A DNA stretch of 64,000 bases, taken from positions 1 through 64,000 of the forward strand of contig CAWBHS010000081.1 in assembly GCA_963788655.1 (NCBI GenBank), given 5' to 3'. The notes under the pieces are model-generated. The model had not been told where the DNA came from, did no database searches, and worked only from the letters and a program-made list of their open reading frames with translations. Positions within the stretch are counted from its first letter, which is position 1, and every line of letters starts with the position of its first letter. The DNA comes from an uncultured Verrucomicrobiae bacterium. GTDB taxonomy: Bacteria; Verrucomicrobiota; Verrucomicrobiia; Limisphaerales; JAFGQR01. Of this stretch, positions 29,265-40,500 are shown piece after piece. The position numbers were made by a program, and so were the translations under genes.

Positions 29265-31043
29265 CTATTCCTTCGCGTTCAATTCAATGGTGGCCTGCGC
29301 CGTACCGCCCAGCATGGAGATGACTTCAATGTCCACCTTCCCCTGCCCTTTCACATGGACGGTGTAGCGCACTTCTCGCATGCCGCCGCTGCCGTCAATG
29401 GTCTCCAGCGGCGTAGTCCGGCGGCCAGACAAGAACGCTTTGGGATCCAGTTTCAACACCACCCGCGTCGGATACACTTCATCAGTCACCTGGCCTTGCG
29501 CGAGTGAAGTCGGCAGGTAACCGGTGTTTTCGACTTGGACAGTAATTTCGTAGATGCCCGAGCCCAGGTGTTTGGCCTTGGCTTGGCGAATGCCAATGCG
29601 CGGCAGATTGCCGGCCAGCTCCGTTAAAAACTTTGCATGCTTGACGGTCAATTCCGGTAGCAAGTTCTCCGGCGGGTTGCTCCGAACGAACGGGGCGAAA
29701 CCGCCAATCTCCACTTGCTTGCCAGGAAAGTCCGGATGCTGAAATGCCTTCCACGGAAGGAACGCGCCCGGCGCATTTTCGTCGAGCCATTTGAGAAAAG
29801 CCCGATCTTCCGCGTTGCGGTTGTCATCGCTGGACTTCTTCTTTTCGGCAGCGGGTTTGGATTTAGATTCTGACGCAGCCCTCGCTTTCGGCTCTGCTTG
29901 CCCCACCTCCTTCTCCGCTTCGGCTTTTTCTTTGGCGGCCTTGGCTAATTCCAGTTGCAGTGACGGACTCCAAGCCCGCGCCGCCAGCGAATTCCGTCCG
30001 CGGTCGTAATACATCCAGTCCGAAAATGTGCCGGGTTCGCTGCCGCCATTCAGTTCTTTCTTCAAACCCAACGCCTCGCGCCAAGCATGGCCCAGTTCGC
30101 GGTAAAAAGGGAGATCGTCTTCATGAATGGCTTTGGGTGGACGCTTGCCGCCCGGTTCGCCTTTGGGGGTCTGCGTGAGATTGTCCGCCGCGCCAAAAGT
30201 GAACACGATGCCAATGTTCGGATGCGCCACGACAAAGTCCGCCAACGCGCGGGTCTCCGCTTCGCTGACCTGGTGGGCACCGGAATCGGCGGCAAAGAAA
30301 CGGTAGTCGTAAGGGAAATTGCGATTGAAGTTCACTCCGCCCGGACCGTCTTCATTCCACGCCTCGTCGTGATCATTGTCCCTGCCTTCAGTAAGCAACC
30401 GCCAGACGCCCGTTTCGCCTTTGGCCTGGTCCGCTTTGATCAGCAGACGCGGTTCGTTGGGATCGAGAATGTAATCGCCTTCCGGATCTTTGACTCGCAT
30501 CTGGGTGATCAAACCATTCCCATCGAGGTCATCCGGACCGTCCTCGTCCACCAGGCCGTCATGGTCGTCGTCCACTGGCCGATTGCTGACCAGTTGTTCC
30601 TGGTGAGGGTGAGTGAAGCAATGTTCGGCCGCATCCTGATTGAGCCGGGGACAAACATAGATAGTTGTGGTGTTCAGCAAGCGGCGAATGGGTTCCTTCT
30701 TCTCAAACTGCCCCGCCAAGTGCTCGACCCACGCCAGCGCGCTGACTGTGCCCGCCAGGTCATTGCCCTCGATGCCCGCCACGAGCAGCATAGCCGGACG
30801 CTGCAAACGGTCCGCTTCCTGGCCGGCACCCAATTCGACCAGCCAGACCTCCTGTTTGCTCAGCGAGTGCGCCAGTGCTTTCAGATGCACCAGTTCGTGA
30901 TGCTCTTGAGCCAGAGCCTGGAGCTTCGCGGTCAAGGCGGGATTGCTGGGATACTCCAAGGCCAGGCTCGGTATCGGCAAGGACATCCAGATAAGCCCCT
31001 CCAGAACGAGGCCGAAGAAGGCGCGCTGCAAAATCGATTTCAT
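29265..31043 (-). CDS. Secreted M14 carboxypeptidase-like protein lacking catalytic residues
   Basis: Collinear with the downstream paralog, but IEGND replaces IHGNE, FTFG replaces SYHN and AARAW replaces TTELW. Signal peptide present. Confidence 0.85.
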   Translation of the reverse strand: MKSILQRAFFGLVLEGLIWMSLPIPSLALEYPSNPALTAKLQALAQEHHELVHLKALAHSLSKQEVWLVELGAGQEADRLQRPAMLLVAGIEGNDLAGTVSALAWVEHLAGQFEKKEPIRRLLNTTTIYVCPRLNQDAAEHCFTHPHQEQLVSNRPVDDDHDGLVDEDGPDDLDGNGLITQMRVKDPEGDYILDPNEPRLLIKADQAKGETGVWRLLTEGRDNDHDEAWNEDGPGGVNFNRNFPYDYRFFAADSGAHQVSEAETRALADFVVAHPNIGIVFTFGAADNLTQTPKGEPGGKRPPKAIHEDDLPFYRELGHAWREALGLKKELNGGSEPGTFSDWMYYDRGRNSLAARAWSPSLQLELAKAAKEKAEAEKEVGQAEPKARAASESKSKPAAEKKKSSDDNRNAEDRAFLKWLDENAPGAFLPWKAFQHPDFPGKQVEIGGFAPFVRSNPPENLLPELTVKHAKFLTELAGNLPRIGIRQAKAKHLGSGIYEITVQVENTGYLPTSLAQGQVTDEVYPTRVVLKLDPKAFLSGRRTTPLETIDGSGGMREVRYTVHVKGQGKVDIEVISMLGGTAQATIELNAKE

Positions 31044-31118
31044 GGTCTGCGCAATGACGTAGCAAGTCCGCCGAGTGGAAGCGACTGTTTTCTTCGCGGT
31101 AACGATTCACTTGGGAAC

Positions 31119-32200
31119 GGGAGCGCGCCCGCCTCGGGCGCTGTGGTTGGCGCCTCGCCAACCTGTTCGCACACTTCAGTCCGCTATGCGCCCTGGACTT
31201 TGGACATTTTCAGCGCCCGCAAATACGCGGCGGCACCGAAGCAAGTCAGCCCGGAGGGCTGCAACATGAATAACCATAGGTGCCAACCTACGGAAGGCTG
31301 GCGATCATACAAATCCCGGCCCTGACGGCGCCGCACCATGAATGCTCGGCAGCGCTCGTATCATGGTGCAACACCTTGGGGATTGATTTCTTCACGGCGT
31401 CTTGCCATGCCTTGGCTCCCCATTCGCGGTCGGCGCGAGGCGCACCGACCGACAGGCGGGGCGCCTGTGCTCCCCATCCCGAATCGAAATCTAAACCCAG
31501 ATAGGGCGAGACTCCGTCGAGCCCTGACTTCCCCGCGGTGAGTCCAATCATGACAGGCCGGTCAACGGCACGTCTTTAACCCGAACATTTCCCACGCACT
31601 GTAGCCACCGACGTGAGGAGGCGGAGCGCAGGAAGTGGTTTCAGGTCCGCCTCCTCACATCGGCGGCTACCGGCTGTCGGCCTTTCAAACTCGGTGAGCA
31701 TTGCGGGTTAAGGCGGGAACCTAGTTTATCTCAAATCCCACTTTGAGGTCGGCTTTCTAATTGAATCGTTAGCGTTCCAAAAGCTGTTGTGAAGGAAAGG
31801 ACTTTGGAGGGACGGGGATTAGCAACCAATATACGCGGTGTGATTTTGTTGGCAGTGCCGGCCAAGTGTTGGTGCCTGGCTGCCAATGGACTGCGTCTGG
31901 TCCGCTGCCGGAGGTCAACCGCGAAACACGCCAAATACGCGAAAGCATCGAATCCCACCTCGACCCAGCGGGACCCACCGCAGGCAGGTGTGTAGTCCCT
32001 ATTTCCTTTTTGCGTATTCCGCGTGGTTCGCTGGTTGGAAGCTTTGCCCGCCTGCCAGCCAACCGGAAGAGTTCAACCGCAAAGATCCCACAGAACACAA
32101 AGAAGAAACGGCAATCCACTTCTAACCAATCGCCCGGCAGGCGAAACTCCATCTCCACTCGCTCTCATTTCTTTCCGATCTTTGCCGTTTAGCAACGTCT
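31119..32200. repeat. Intergenic cluster of several REP-like palindrome families
   Basis: Family B half (31119..31163), family E arm (31500..31534), family D (31601..31670), AACCGCGAAACACGCCAAATACGCGAAA and its inverse (about 31917..32030), and an AACCGCAAAGA-type unit (about 32075). Confidence 0.7.
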
Positions 32201-32427
32201 GTTCGCTGAAATTGCATGGCGAGCAGGCCAAAATATTGCCCTGCGTTCGGGAAATGGCTTTTCCCGCTTTCTGCACCATCATCCGGATGCGGCTCCGATC
32301 TGCGCCGACCAATGAAGGGCACTCCACCACATGCGCGGAATGCTTGGACGACAGCTAAACAAATGAACTTGGCCGCGATGGCGGCTCACACTGCCATTGC
32401 CGGCGGCGTTAATGTGAAACGAAACCC

Positions 32428-34156
32428 ATGAAAACATTATCCAAATTCCCCTCGAACACCAACGTGCTGGCTGCTTGCATTTCGCTTGGCTGTTGGCTTT
32501 CCCTGTGTGTGCTGGATATGGCGCACGCTGCCTGTCCCGTAACCAACGAGGTCGGCAGTGATCTGGTGCTTCGTCTGCCTTTCATCGCGGGCCAACAGGT
32601 ACACGGTGAGCCAGGGATACTGCGACGGTGACCATCTCGGTTACCAAGTGGATTTTGTCATGCCCTCCAATACGGTGGTGGTAGCCACGGCGGGAGGGAC
32701 TGTGGTTGAAATAGGGAGCAACAACACCAACTGTCCATCCGGCTGCGGCGATCCGAACCGTGACGGCGGCATTTACGTTAAAATCCGGCACAATGGCCGA
32801 GCCGCAACCTGGTACTCCTCGTACCTTCACCTAAACCGCCGGGTGGTGGAAACCAATGACACGGTGCAAGCCGGTCAAATCATCGGGTATTCGGGCAACA
32901 CCGGATGGGCCACCGGTGTCAGCGGGGGCTTTCATTTACATTTCCACATTCGAACTGGACCGACAGCCAGCGATCCGGGCGTTCGGCCCACACCGATGCA
33001 GGGCATAGAAATGGAGACGGGGACCAGTCCCATCACCAATTTTGTGTCCGGTCGCACCTACCAGGCTCTGGATCCTACGAACGGCACGCTTCAGTTGTTG
33101 ATCAGCCGGGCAACGCAAATTGAATGGCAGTCCCAGGACAGCTATTCCTATCAACTCTTCCGTGGCACCAATTTGGGCAGTACAAACCCGGCCGACTGGC
33201 AACCGGTTGGCGACCGCATGGTTGGGGACGGCAATTGGCTCGCCATGACGGTCAAGACAGACGGTACGTCCAACTCATTTGTGGAGGGAATCGGCTATCC
33301 GCCGGACCTGAGCAAGCGCATTGTGGGCCTGCGCAATGTGGACCTCGATACCGCTTGGACTACCACCGAGGGTCGGACCATGACCATTGCCGGCATGAGG
33401 GTCCAGAGCCGGGACTATGACCTCGACGATTACCTGACTGTCACTTGCGACATGGACTTCGCCAAGCACGCCTTTCTGATCAACGCTATCGACGTAGCCA
33501 AAAACGTAGGACCGACGACGCGTGGAACCCCCTGGTTCTTCTTCAAAGATTCAACCAACGGAATCACCATCACCAACGGCGCGACAGTGATGAAGGAAGA
33601 TACAACCTACAATCTGACTTCCACCGGCCAAACACTATACGTCAGCATGCAGGCTGCCCAAACGTTGTGCTGGTTTGCGGAAAGCTCGGAAGAATATGAA
33701 CTCCAGGCGTTTGATCCCTTTGGGCAGCGAGTTTACTCGGTGGATTATCCCGCCGGGAACTACGGCGATCTGGTAATTTACGCGGTCCATTCCGGCACGT
33801 ACAAGCTCAAAATCTTGCCCCGCGTAGGAGCAAGTCTTTCGCTTTCTATGCAGTTTATTAACGGAAATCGTCGGAGCTTACGTACGTTCACAAGCGGGCA
33901 AACGATCACGTCAACCATAGCTGGCTTTTATTATGATTACGACAAATTCGCTTTCCCAGTTAGTGCCGGACAAACCTTGCGGCTTCCTGCCGCCAGCTTT
34001 CAGTGCTACCTAAGTCTCTTCAGTTCAAAGGGAGTGCTTTTACGATCACCACGCGGCGTCGATCTCATATACCCCGCCAGCCAAAGCGACACCTATTTCG
34101 TCATTCTTTGGGGAGCTGCCGCCACCTATTCTGGAGTGGTCAGCATCACGCCGTAG
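32428..34156 (+). CDS. Secreted M23-family peptidase-domain multidomain protein (one frameshift near 32595)
   Basis: Signal peptide and LRLPF in ORF 32428, continuing in ORF 32558 with VSQG, H..(YQVD)F, VVATAGGTV, YLHL, GYSGNTG and HLHF, then beta-rich domains. Confidence 0.8.
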
Positions 34157-34179
34157 TTGTCATCAATGGCAAGAACTGC

Positions 34180-34500
34180 GGATTCGATGCTGGAAATCCG
34201 GCAGATGGATTGGCGGATGCGAATGGCGACGGACTGACCATTTTACAGGAGTATCAACTGGGGAAGAATCCCCTGGTGGCAGACGGCGTGCGCTTTGCGG
34301 CGTTGGGTGTGTGCTGACGAATGGCTGGTTCGCTTTGACCATTGATGAGGCTCTAGGCCGGAGCACGACGTTACAAGCTTCAACGAACCTTACAGATTGG
34401 TTCCCGCTTACCAACTTCATCGGTTCGGAACGCGACGATTTATTTCGAAGACACAACGGCCACAAACGCAGAGCGGTTCTATCGAGCGGTGGTGCCATAA
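34180..34500 (+). pseudogene. Remnant of a surface-protein C-terminus
   Basis: DANGDGLTILQEYQLGKNP (Asp-rich Ca-binding-like motif) followed in another frame by TLQASTNLTDWFPLTN. No start codon and broken frame. Confidence 0.5.
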
Positions 34501-34827
34501 ACAGAAAAAGTAGCGTTTCCGCATACTCTCCGAAGGGCCAACGGTTGATTTCCATTGGCAACCAAACCGCGATCTTGGGAAGGCCCCTGGGAACCACTCG
34601 CCATCATCACCCTCACCAAAAGCCCATGGGCGTATGTCGATTGGGAATCCGCCGGCCAGGCGAACCGGTTCTATCGAACCGTGCTATTGGAATAAGCCGA
34701 TGTCCGCCCCTAAACAAACGAAGGTCAAGCACAGCCGCGGCGCCCGCCGGACGCGGGCCGAGATCAAACTCCTGGGCACAATGCCGGACGAGGATCTGGC
34801 CCGGACGGGCATCAGCGCGGCTGCCCA

Positions 34828-35025
34828 AGCCCGGAGGGCGAAAGACAATAGCCCGGCGTTTCAACGCTGGGTTTGCGGGCCGAACGGGGAACAAGTCCCG
34901 TCAGGGACGAAAGAAAACGGTTCGCATTTGTATGGTTTCTGTCGCCCCTACGGGGCTTGAACCCGTTGGTTGGTGGTTGTCCCAGCGATAAATCGCTGGA
35001 CTATTGTCGGTCGTCCCTGCGGGAC
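34828..35025. repeat. 198-bp palindromic repeat family F, copy 1
   Basis: Near-identical direct repeat at 35105..35302. Internal hairpins (GTCCCGTCAGGGAC, CCCAGCGATAAATCGCTGG). Confidence 0.92.
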
Positions 35026-35104
35026 CTGCCGGGATTGGACGGTGATGAGGAACGGTTCGTCCTTCTGGCGGTGCAGCCGACGCTCGCGGAGCGATCCGTT
35101 CGAC

Positions 35105-35302
35105 AGCCCGGAGGGCGAAAGACAATAGCCCGGCGTTTCAACGCTGGGTTTGCGGGGCGAACGGGGAACAAGTCCCGTCAGGGACGAAAGAAAACGGTTC
35201 GCATTCGCATGGTTTCTGTCGCCCCTACGGGGCTTGAACCCGTTGGTTGGTGGTTGTCCCAGCGATGAATCGCTGAGCTATTGTCGGTCGTCCCTACGAG
35301 AC
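35105..35302. repeat. 198-bp palindromic repeat family F, copy 2
   Basis: Near-identical to 34828..35025. Confidence 0.92.
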
Positions 35303-35461
35303 TTTCGGCTATGGGCGCAAGGGGCGGGCATGGTTTCCGCCCGTCGCAAAGGGCCGTCAACGTTGTCATGCGTGGCAAACGTAGCCCTTCCCGGCGCAGG
35401 CAGCGAGCCGAGAAAAGGCAACAACCCAATCACCCGTGAATCTCGATTGACGATCTCATCC

Positions 35462-35490
35462 TTGACACTCATTTTCCAAGTCGCCACCTT
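35462..35490 (+). promoter_or_regulatory. Putative sigma70 promoter for the toxin-antitoxin operon (leaderless)
   Basis: TTGACA-17nt-CACCTT ending 7 nt before ATG 35498; no SD sequence. Confidence 0.5.
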
Positions 35491-35497
35491 GTTTCCC

Positions 35498-35713
35498 ATG
35501 AAATTGGCAGATTTTCCGGAACTCAAAGCGTTGCCGGCGAGGCAGAAACTCAAGCTTGCCGAAGAATTGTGGTTTGAGGGAGTGAATGATGAAAGTCTGC
35601 CCGTCCCTGCCTGGCACCAGGAGTTGCTCTCTGAGCGCATCGCGGCCTACAGAGCGGGGAAGCTCAAGACCATATCCACCAAAGAACTGAAGCGGCGGCT
35701 GGGGGTTAAGTGA
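35498..35713 (+). CDS. Addiction-module antitoxin (TIGR02574-like)
   Basis: 71 aa, LP..QKLKLAEELW...VPAWHQELL.ERIAAY pattern; GTGA overlap with the toxin gene. Confidence 0.85.
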   Translation: MKLADFPELKALPARQKLKLAEELWFEGVNDESLPVPAWHQELLSERIAAYRAGKLKTISTKELKRRLGVK

Positions 35714-36030
35714 GTGCCAAACCTGTTGAGGCGCTTGAGGCTGTTCAGGCTGATCTCGAATACGCAAGATCCTTTTACGAGTCGTGGAAGCCTGGAGGTG
35801 GAGCGGAAATCTGGCAGAAATATTTCGAGGCTGTGGAATGGATCGAATGGAATCCTGACCTCTTCCCGCGCAAGTTCGGAATCATTCAGCGGGCAATCTT
35901 GAAGCGAAGTTATTTTGTCGTCTATTTCTTCCAAGAGGCTGAGCGATCCATCGTCATTGCCGTCTTGGACGGGCGGCGGAACCCTCGCACAATCCGGAAA
36001 TTACTCAGAACGCGTACGCAATCCGTTTAG
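35710..36030 (+). CDS. ParE/RelE-family toxin
   Basis: 106 aa, A..DLE.ARSFYE, IEWNPDLFP, RAILKRSYFVVYF and IVIAVLDGRRNP. Confidence 0.85.
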   Translation: MSAKPVEALEAVQADLEYARSFYESWKPGGGAEIWQKYFEAVEWIEWNPDLFPRKFGIIQRAILKRSYFVVYFFQEAERSIVIAVLDGRRNPRTIRKLLRTRTQSV

Positions 36031-36102
36031 TTGCCCAAAAGTAATCTCAAAACGGAGGCGGGCTCGGTAATCGGTTAATGCCGACAAATTGCGTCCCGCT
36101 CC

Positions 36103-37545
36103 TCACGCCAAAATATCCTTCACCACTTTTCCCGCCACGTCCGTCAAACGAAAATCCCGGCCTTGCGCCCGGCAAGTCAAGCGTTTGTGGTCGATGCCGA
36201 ACAGATACAGCACGGTGGCGTGGAAATCATGAACGTGGACCGGGTTATCGACGGCGTAGTAGCCCAATTCGTCGGTGCCGCCGTAGGTGATGCCGGGCTT
36301 GATGCCGCCGCCGGCCATCCAGAGGGAGAAGCCTTTGATGTGATGATCGCGACCGTCTCCCTGGGCCATCGGCGTGCGACCGAACTCACCGCCCCACACG
36401 ATCAACGTGTCGTCGAGCATGCCGCGGTTCTTGAGGTCGGTCATCAATGCCCAGCAAGCCCGGTCCACTTTTTCAGCGACAATCTTGATGCCGTTCTTGA
36501 TGCCGCCGTGATGGTCCCAGCCGCGATGATACAAGTTGGACGAACCGCACGCCGCGTTCGGCCAATCGCCGCGCCAACAGGCAGTTGGCGGCAAACGAAC
36601 CGTCCGCGCCGTGGGTGCCGTACATCTCCAGAACCTCTTTGGGTTCCTCGGAAATGTCCATCAGGTCCGGGAACGCTGGTCTGCATGCGAAACGCCATTT
36701 CGTACTGGCTGATGCGCGTGAGGATTTCCGGGTCATCGACAGAATCATGGTGCAGCCGATTGAGCGCGTTCACCGTTTGCACGACGTCGCTCTGGCTCGC
36801 CGCCGAAACCCCCGGTGGCCGCCGGACATAAAGCACCGGGTCGCCGCTGGATTGGAATTGCACGCCTTGAAATCGGCTGGGAAGAAAGCCGCTGCGCCAT
36901 TGCCGCGCGGCAATCGGCTGGTCCTGTCCGCCGCCCGAAGACATCAACACGACAAAGCCCGGCAGATCCTCGCATTCGCTGCCCAGCCCATACAGCAGCC
37001 ATGAACCCGCGCTGGGCCGGCCCGCGATGGCGGTGCCCGTGTTCATGAACGTGTGCGCCGGATCATGATTGATCTGTTCGGTGTGCATCGAGCGGATGAT
37101 GCAGATTTCGTCCGCCAGTTTGGCCGATGTTGGGAAAGGCGGTGGAGATCTCCTGACCGGATTTGCCGAACTTCGCGAACGGATACTGCGGCGCGAAACA
37201 ATTCAGCTTCTGGCCCTGCAATTGTGCGATGGGCTGGCCTTTGGTGAACGACTCGGGCATCGGCTGGCCGTGCATTTCCGCCAGCTTCGGTTTGTTGTCA
37301 AACGTCTCCAAGTGCGACGGACCGCCCGCCATCGTAAGCCAGATGACCCGTTTGGCCTTAGCCGGATGGTGCAAGGGATTGACCACGCCGCGCCAGCGAT
37401 TCTCCGGTTTGTCCTCGGCGAGGGCGCGCACCATCAGCGCCGGATTGAGCAAGGACGCCAACGCCAGCGAACCGATACCGTTGGCGGTCTTGCCGAGAAA
37501 GGTTCGTCGTGTTTGTTGCTCCGGCGAATTGAAGAAGAAGTTCAT
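36103..37545 (-). CDS. DUF1501-domain protein with Tat signal (about 3 frameshifts)
   Basis: [62 protein letters not shown] and GRDHH, over four ORFs. Confidence 0.9.
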
Positions 37546-37559
37546 TAGGTTTGATCGGA

Positions 37560-40500
37560 TTAGAATCGTTCGATGGTTTCGTGCAGGTTCAACACCACGC
37601 GGGCCACACTGCTCCAGGCAGCCAGTTCGGATACGTCCAGGCCGGCGGGGACCTTCTCATCGCCGACGCTGAGCAGTTTCTTGGCGGCGTCCGGATCCGC
37701 CGCGTAGCGTTCCCGTTCCTTATGATAAAAGGTGTCCAGCAATCGCGCTTCGGCGGCTTCCGGCGGACGGTTCAGCGCCCGCTGGAAAGTCCAGTTCAAG
37801 CGCGCCGGCAATGTCTTGCCACCCTCCTCGATCACCTTCGCGGCCAGGACCCGCGCGGCTTCGACGAAAATGGGATCGTTCAACAGCGTCAGCGCCTGTT
37901 GCGGGGTGTTGGAGGTTTCCCGCTCGGCAGTGCATTCTTCGCGGCTCGGCGCGTCAAAGGCCAGCAGGCTCGGATGCAGGAACGTGCGGCACCAGAACGT
38001 GTACAATCCGCGACGGTACAGCGATGGTCCGTCGTCCTGCTCCCATTTGCGCTTGGGAAAATTCAACTGCGCCCAGTAACCGGCCGGTTGATAGGGCTTC
38101 ACACTGGGACCGCCTATCTGGTCAACGAGCAGACCACTGATCGCCAGGGCGTTGTCATGCACCATTTCCGCGTCGAGTCGAAAACGCGATTGTCGGGCGA
38201 GCAGCCGGTTGTGCGGATCGATTTCGCGCAAATCTTCACGCGGCTTCGAGCCCTGGCGATACGTCTGGCACGTCACAATCAACCGGACGATATGTTTCAC
38301 ATCCCAGCCGCTCTCCTCGAACTCCACGGCTAACCAATCGAGCAATTCCGGGTGCAGCGGCCATTCTCCCTGCGCGCCGAAGTCGTCGAGCGTGCGCGAA
38401 ATGCCAGTGCCGAAAAACAGCTTCCACAGGCGGTTGACAAACACGCGCGCCGTCAGTGGATTGTCACGGGAAACCAGCCACTTCGCCAAATCGAGCCGGG
38501 TCGCCCGGCGGTCCTTAATGTCCTGATGCGGCAGAAATTCCGGCACTGCCGGTGTGACAATTTCTCCCGAGTCATCCTGCCAATTGCCGCGTGGCAACAC
38601 GCGGATGGTGCGCGGTTTCACCGTGACTGTGGCCAGGGTGGTGGGAATGGATTCCTCGAATTCCTTCCGGGCTTGCTTGGTTTGGGCAAGTTGGTCGCGC
38701 ACGGGATCCAACTCCGGTGCCATCGACCGATAATATTTGGCCAGCTCCTGGTGTTGTTGACCGGTTCGTTGGTCCTTGGTCACGCCAAGAATGGTGGCGA
38801 TTTCGTCCGGCAAACCATCCTTGCCCAAGCCCGGTTGGTCCACGGAAATGACCGCCAACCGGAATCGCCCAAGGTTGTGTTGTTTGAACTGCGACTCGTG
38901 CTTCAGCGTCACGGTCAAGATAGTCCCCGGGCCGCCGGCAATTGGCTCCTTGAAAATAAACACCGCTTGATGATCTGCCGCTTTGACGTGCCCTTCGACC
39001 GCCCAACCGGTGTCCGCCTTGCCATCGATTGCCGCGGAGATCGGATAATCCTTTTGCGCAAAATCCGCGAGCGCCGACGCAATGGACACGGGCCGGCTGT
39101 TGGTGGCGTCCTTGGCGGTCACGGCCACTTCGACTTCGGTCAACACAAAGTTGCCGTTGGCGCGCGACAGACGCCCGTGCGTCAGGCTGGGATGCGTCAA
39201 CGCTTCGAGGCGAAGTCCCGTGAGATGCTCGCGCTCCGTGCGCAGCTTGATTTGGTAAACGTCCTTATCGGGATTCTTGCCTTCCGCCAGGAGCGAATGG
39301 TCGTCGAGCAACTTCAGCGTGGCGCCGTGCTGCGATACAAATTCAACCGGCTTGATCACCGTCCAGCCCAATCGTCCCGCCGCCCGGTCGGCTTGCAGTT
39401 TTGCTTCCCACTTCGCCTGACTGGCTTCGAGATCGGCTGTCGGCGTGTCCAGTTGCTGCGTCAGAGCCACCATCTGTTGGTCCAACTGCTGCAACTTGGT
39501 TTCCTGCGCGCTCGTGGGAATCTTCACTGGCTCCGGTTTGCCGACGCCCTGCTCCTTCACGTCGGCGAAGAACGCTTCCATCCGGTAGAAATCCTTCGTC
39601 TTGAATGGATCGAATTTGTGGTCGTGACATTCGCAACACGCCATGGTGCTGCCGAGCCAAACCGTCGCGACCGCGCGCACCCGGTCCGCGGCGTACTTGG
39701 CCAGGTATTCCTTGGGTTGGGCGCCGCCTTCCTCGGTGGTGCGGCCGAGGCGATTGTACGTCGAGGCAATCCGCGCCCGCCGGCTGGGCTCCGGCAACAA
39801 ATCACCGGCCAGTTGTTCCGTCGTGAACTGGTCGAAGGGCAGATTCTGGTTAAACGCTCCGATCACATAATCCCGATACGGCCAGACACTGCGGTAATTG
39901 TCGCTGTGGTAACCATCCGTATCGGCATACCGGACGACGTCCAACCAATACATGGCCATCCGTTCCCCAAAGTGCGGCGAGTCCAGCAACCGGTCCACCA
40001 GTCGGTCGTACGCATCCGGTGAAGCATCTTTTTCAAACGCCGCCAATTCCGCGGGTGTTGGCGGCAGCCCGGTGAGATCGAATTTCAAACGGCGCAGCAG
40101 CGTTCGCCGGTCGGCCTCTTGAGACGGATCGAGCTTCTCCTTTTCCAACCGCGCCAGGATGAAATCGTCAATCGGATTGAGCGGCCAGTCTTGCTGTCTG
40201 ACTTCGGGCAACGCATGACGCACCGGCGCGAGGTACGCCCAGTGCCCTTCCCAATCGGCGCCCTGCGCGATCCAGCGCTTGAGGAGCGCGATTTGGTGCG
40301 CGCTCAGTTTTTTGCCGGACTCGGGCGGCGGCATGTGGTCGTCCATGTCCGACGTGGTGATTCGGTGGAACACTTCGCTTTGCTCCAGTTGGCCGGGCAC
40401 CACCGGGGTCACATCCGAACGCGGCGCAAACAATCCTTCCCGCGTATCCAGCCGAAGCTTGGCCTTGCGTTTGTTCTTGTCCGGCCCATGGCAGTAATAG

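Noticed and set aside
34828..35302. Possible CRISPR array or attC cassette array
   Set aside because: Only two 198-bp units, far longer than CRISPR repeats; no cas or integrase gene; no cassette ORF between them.
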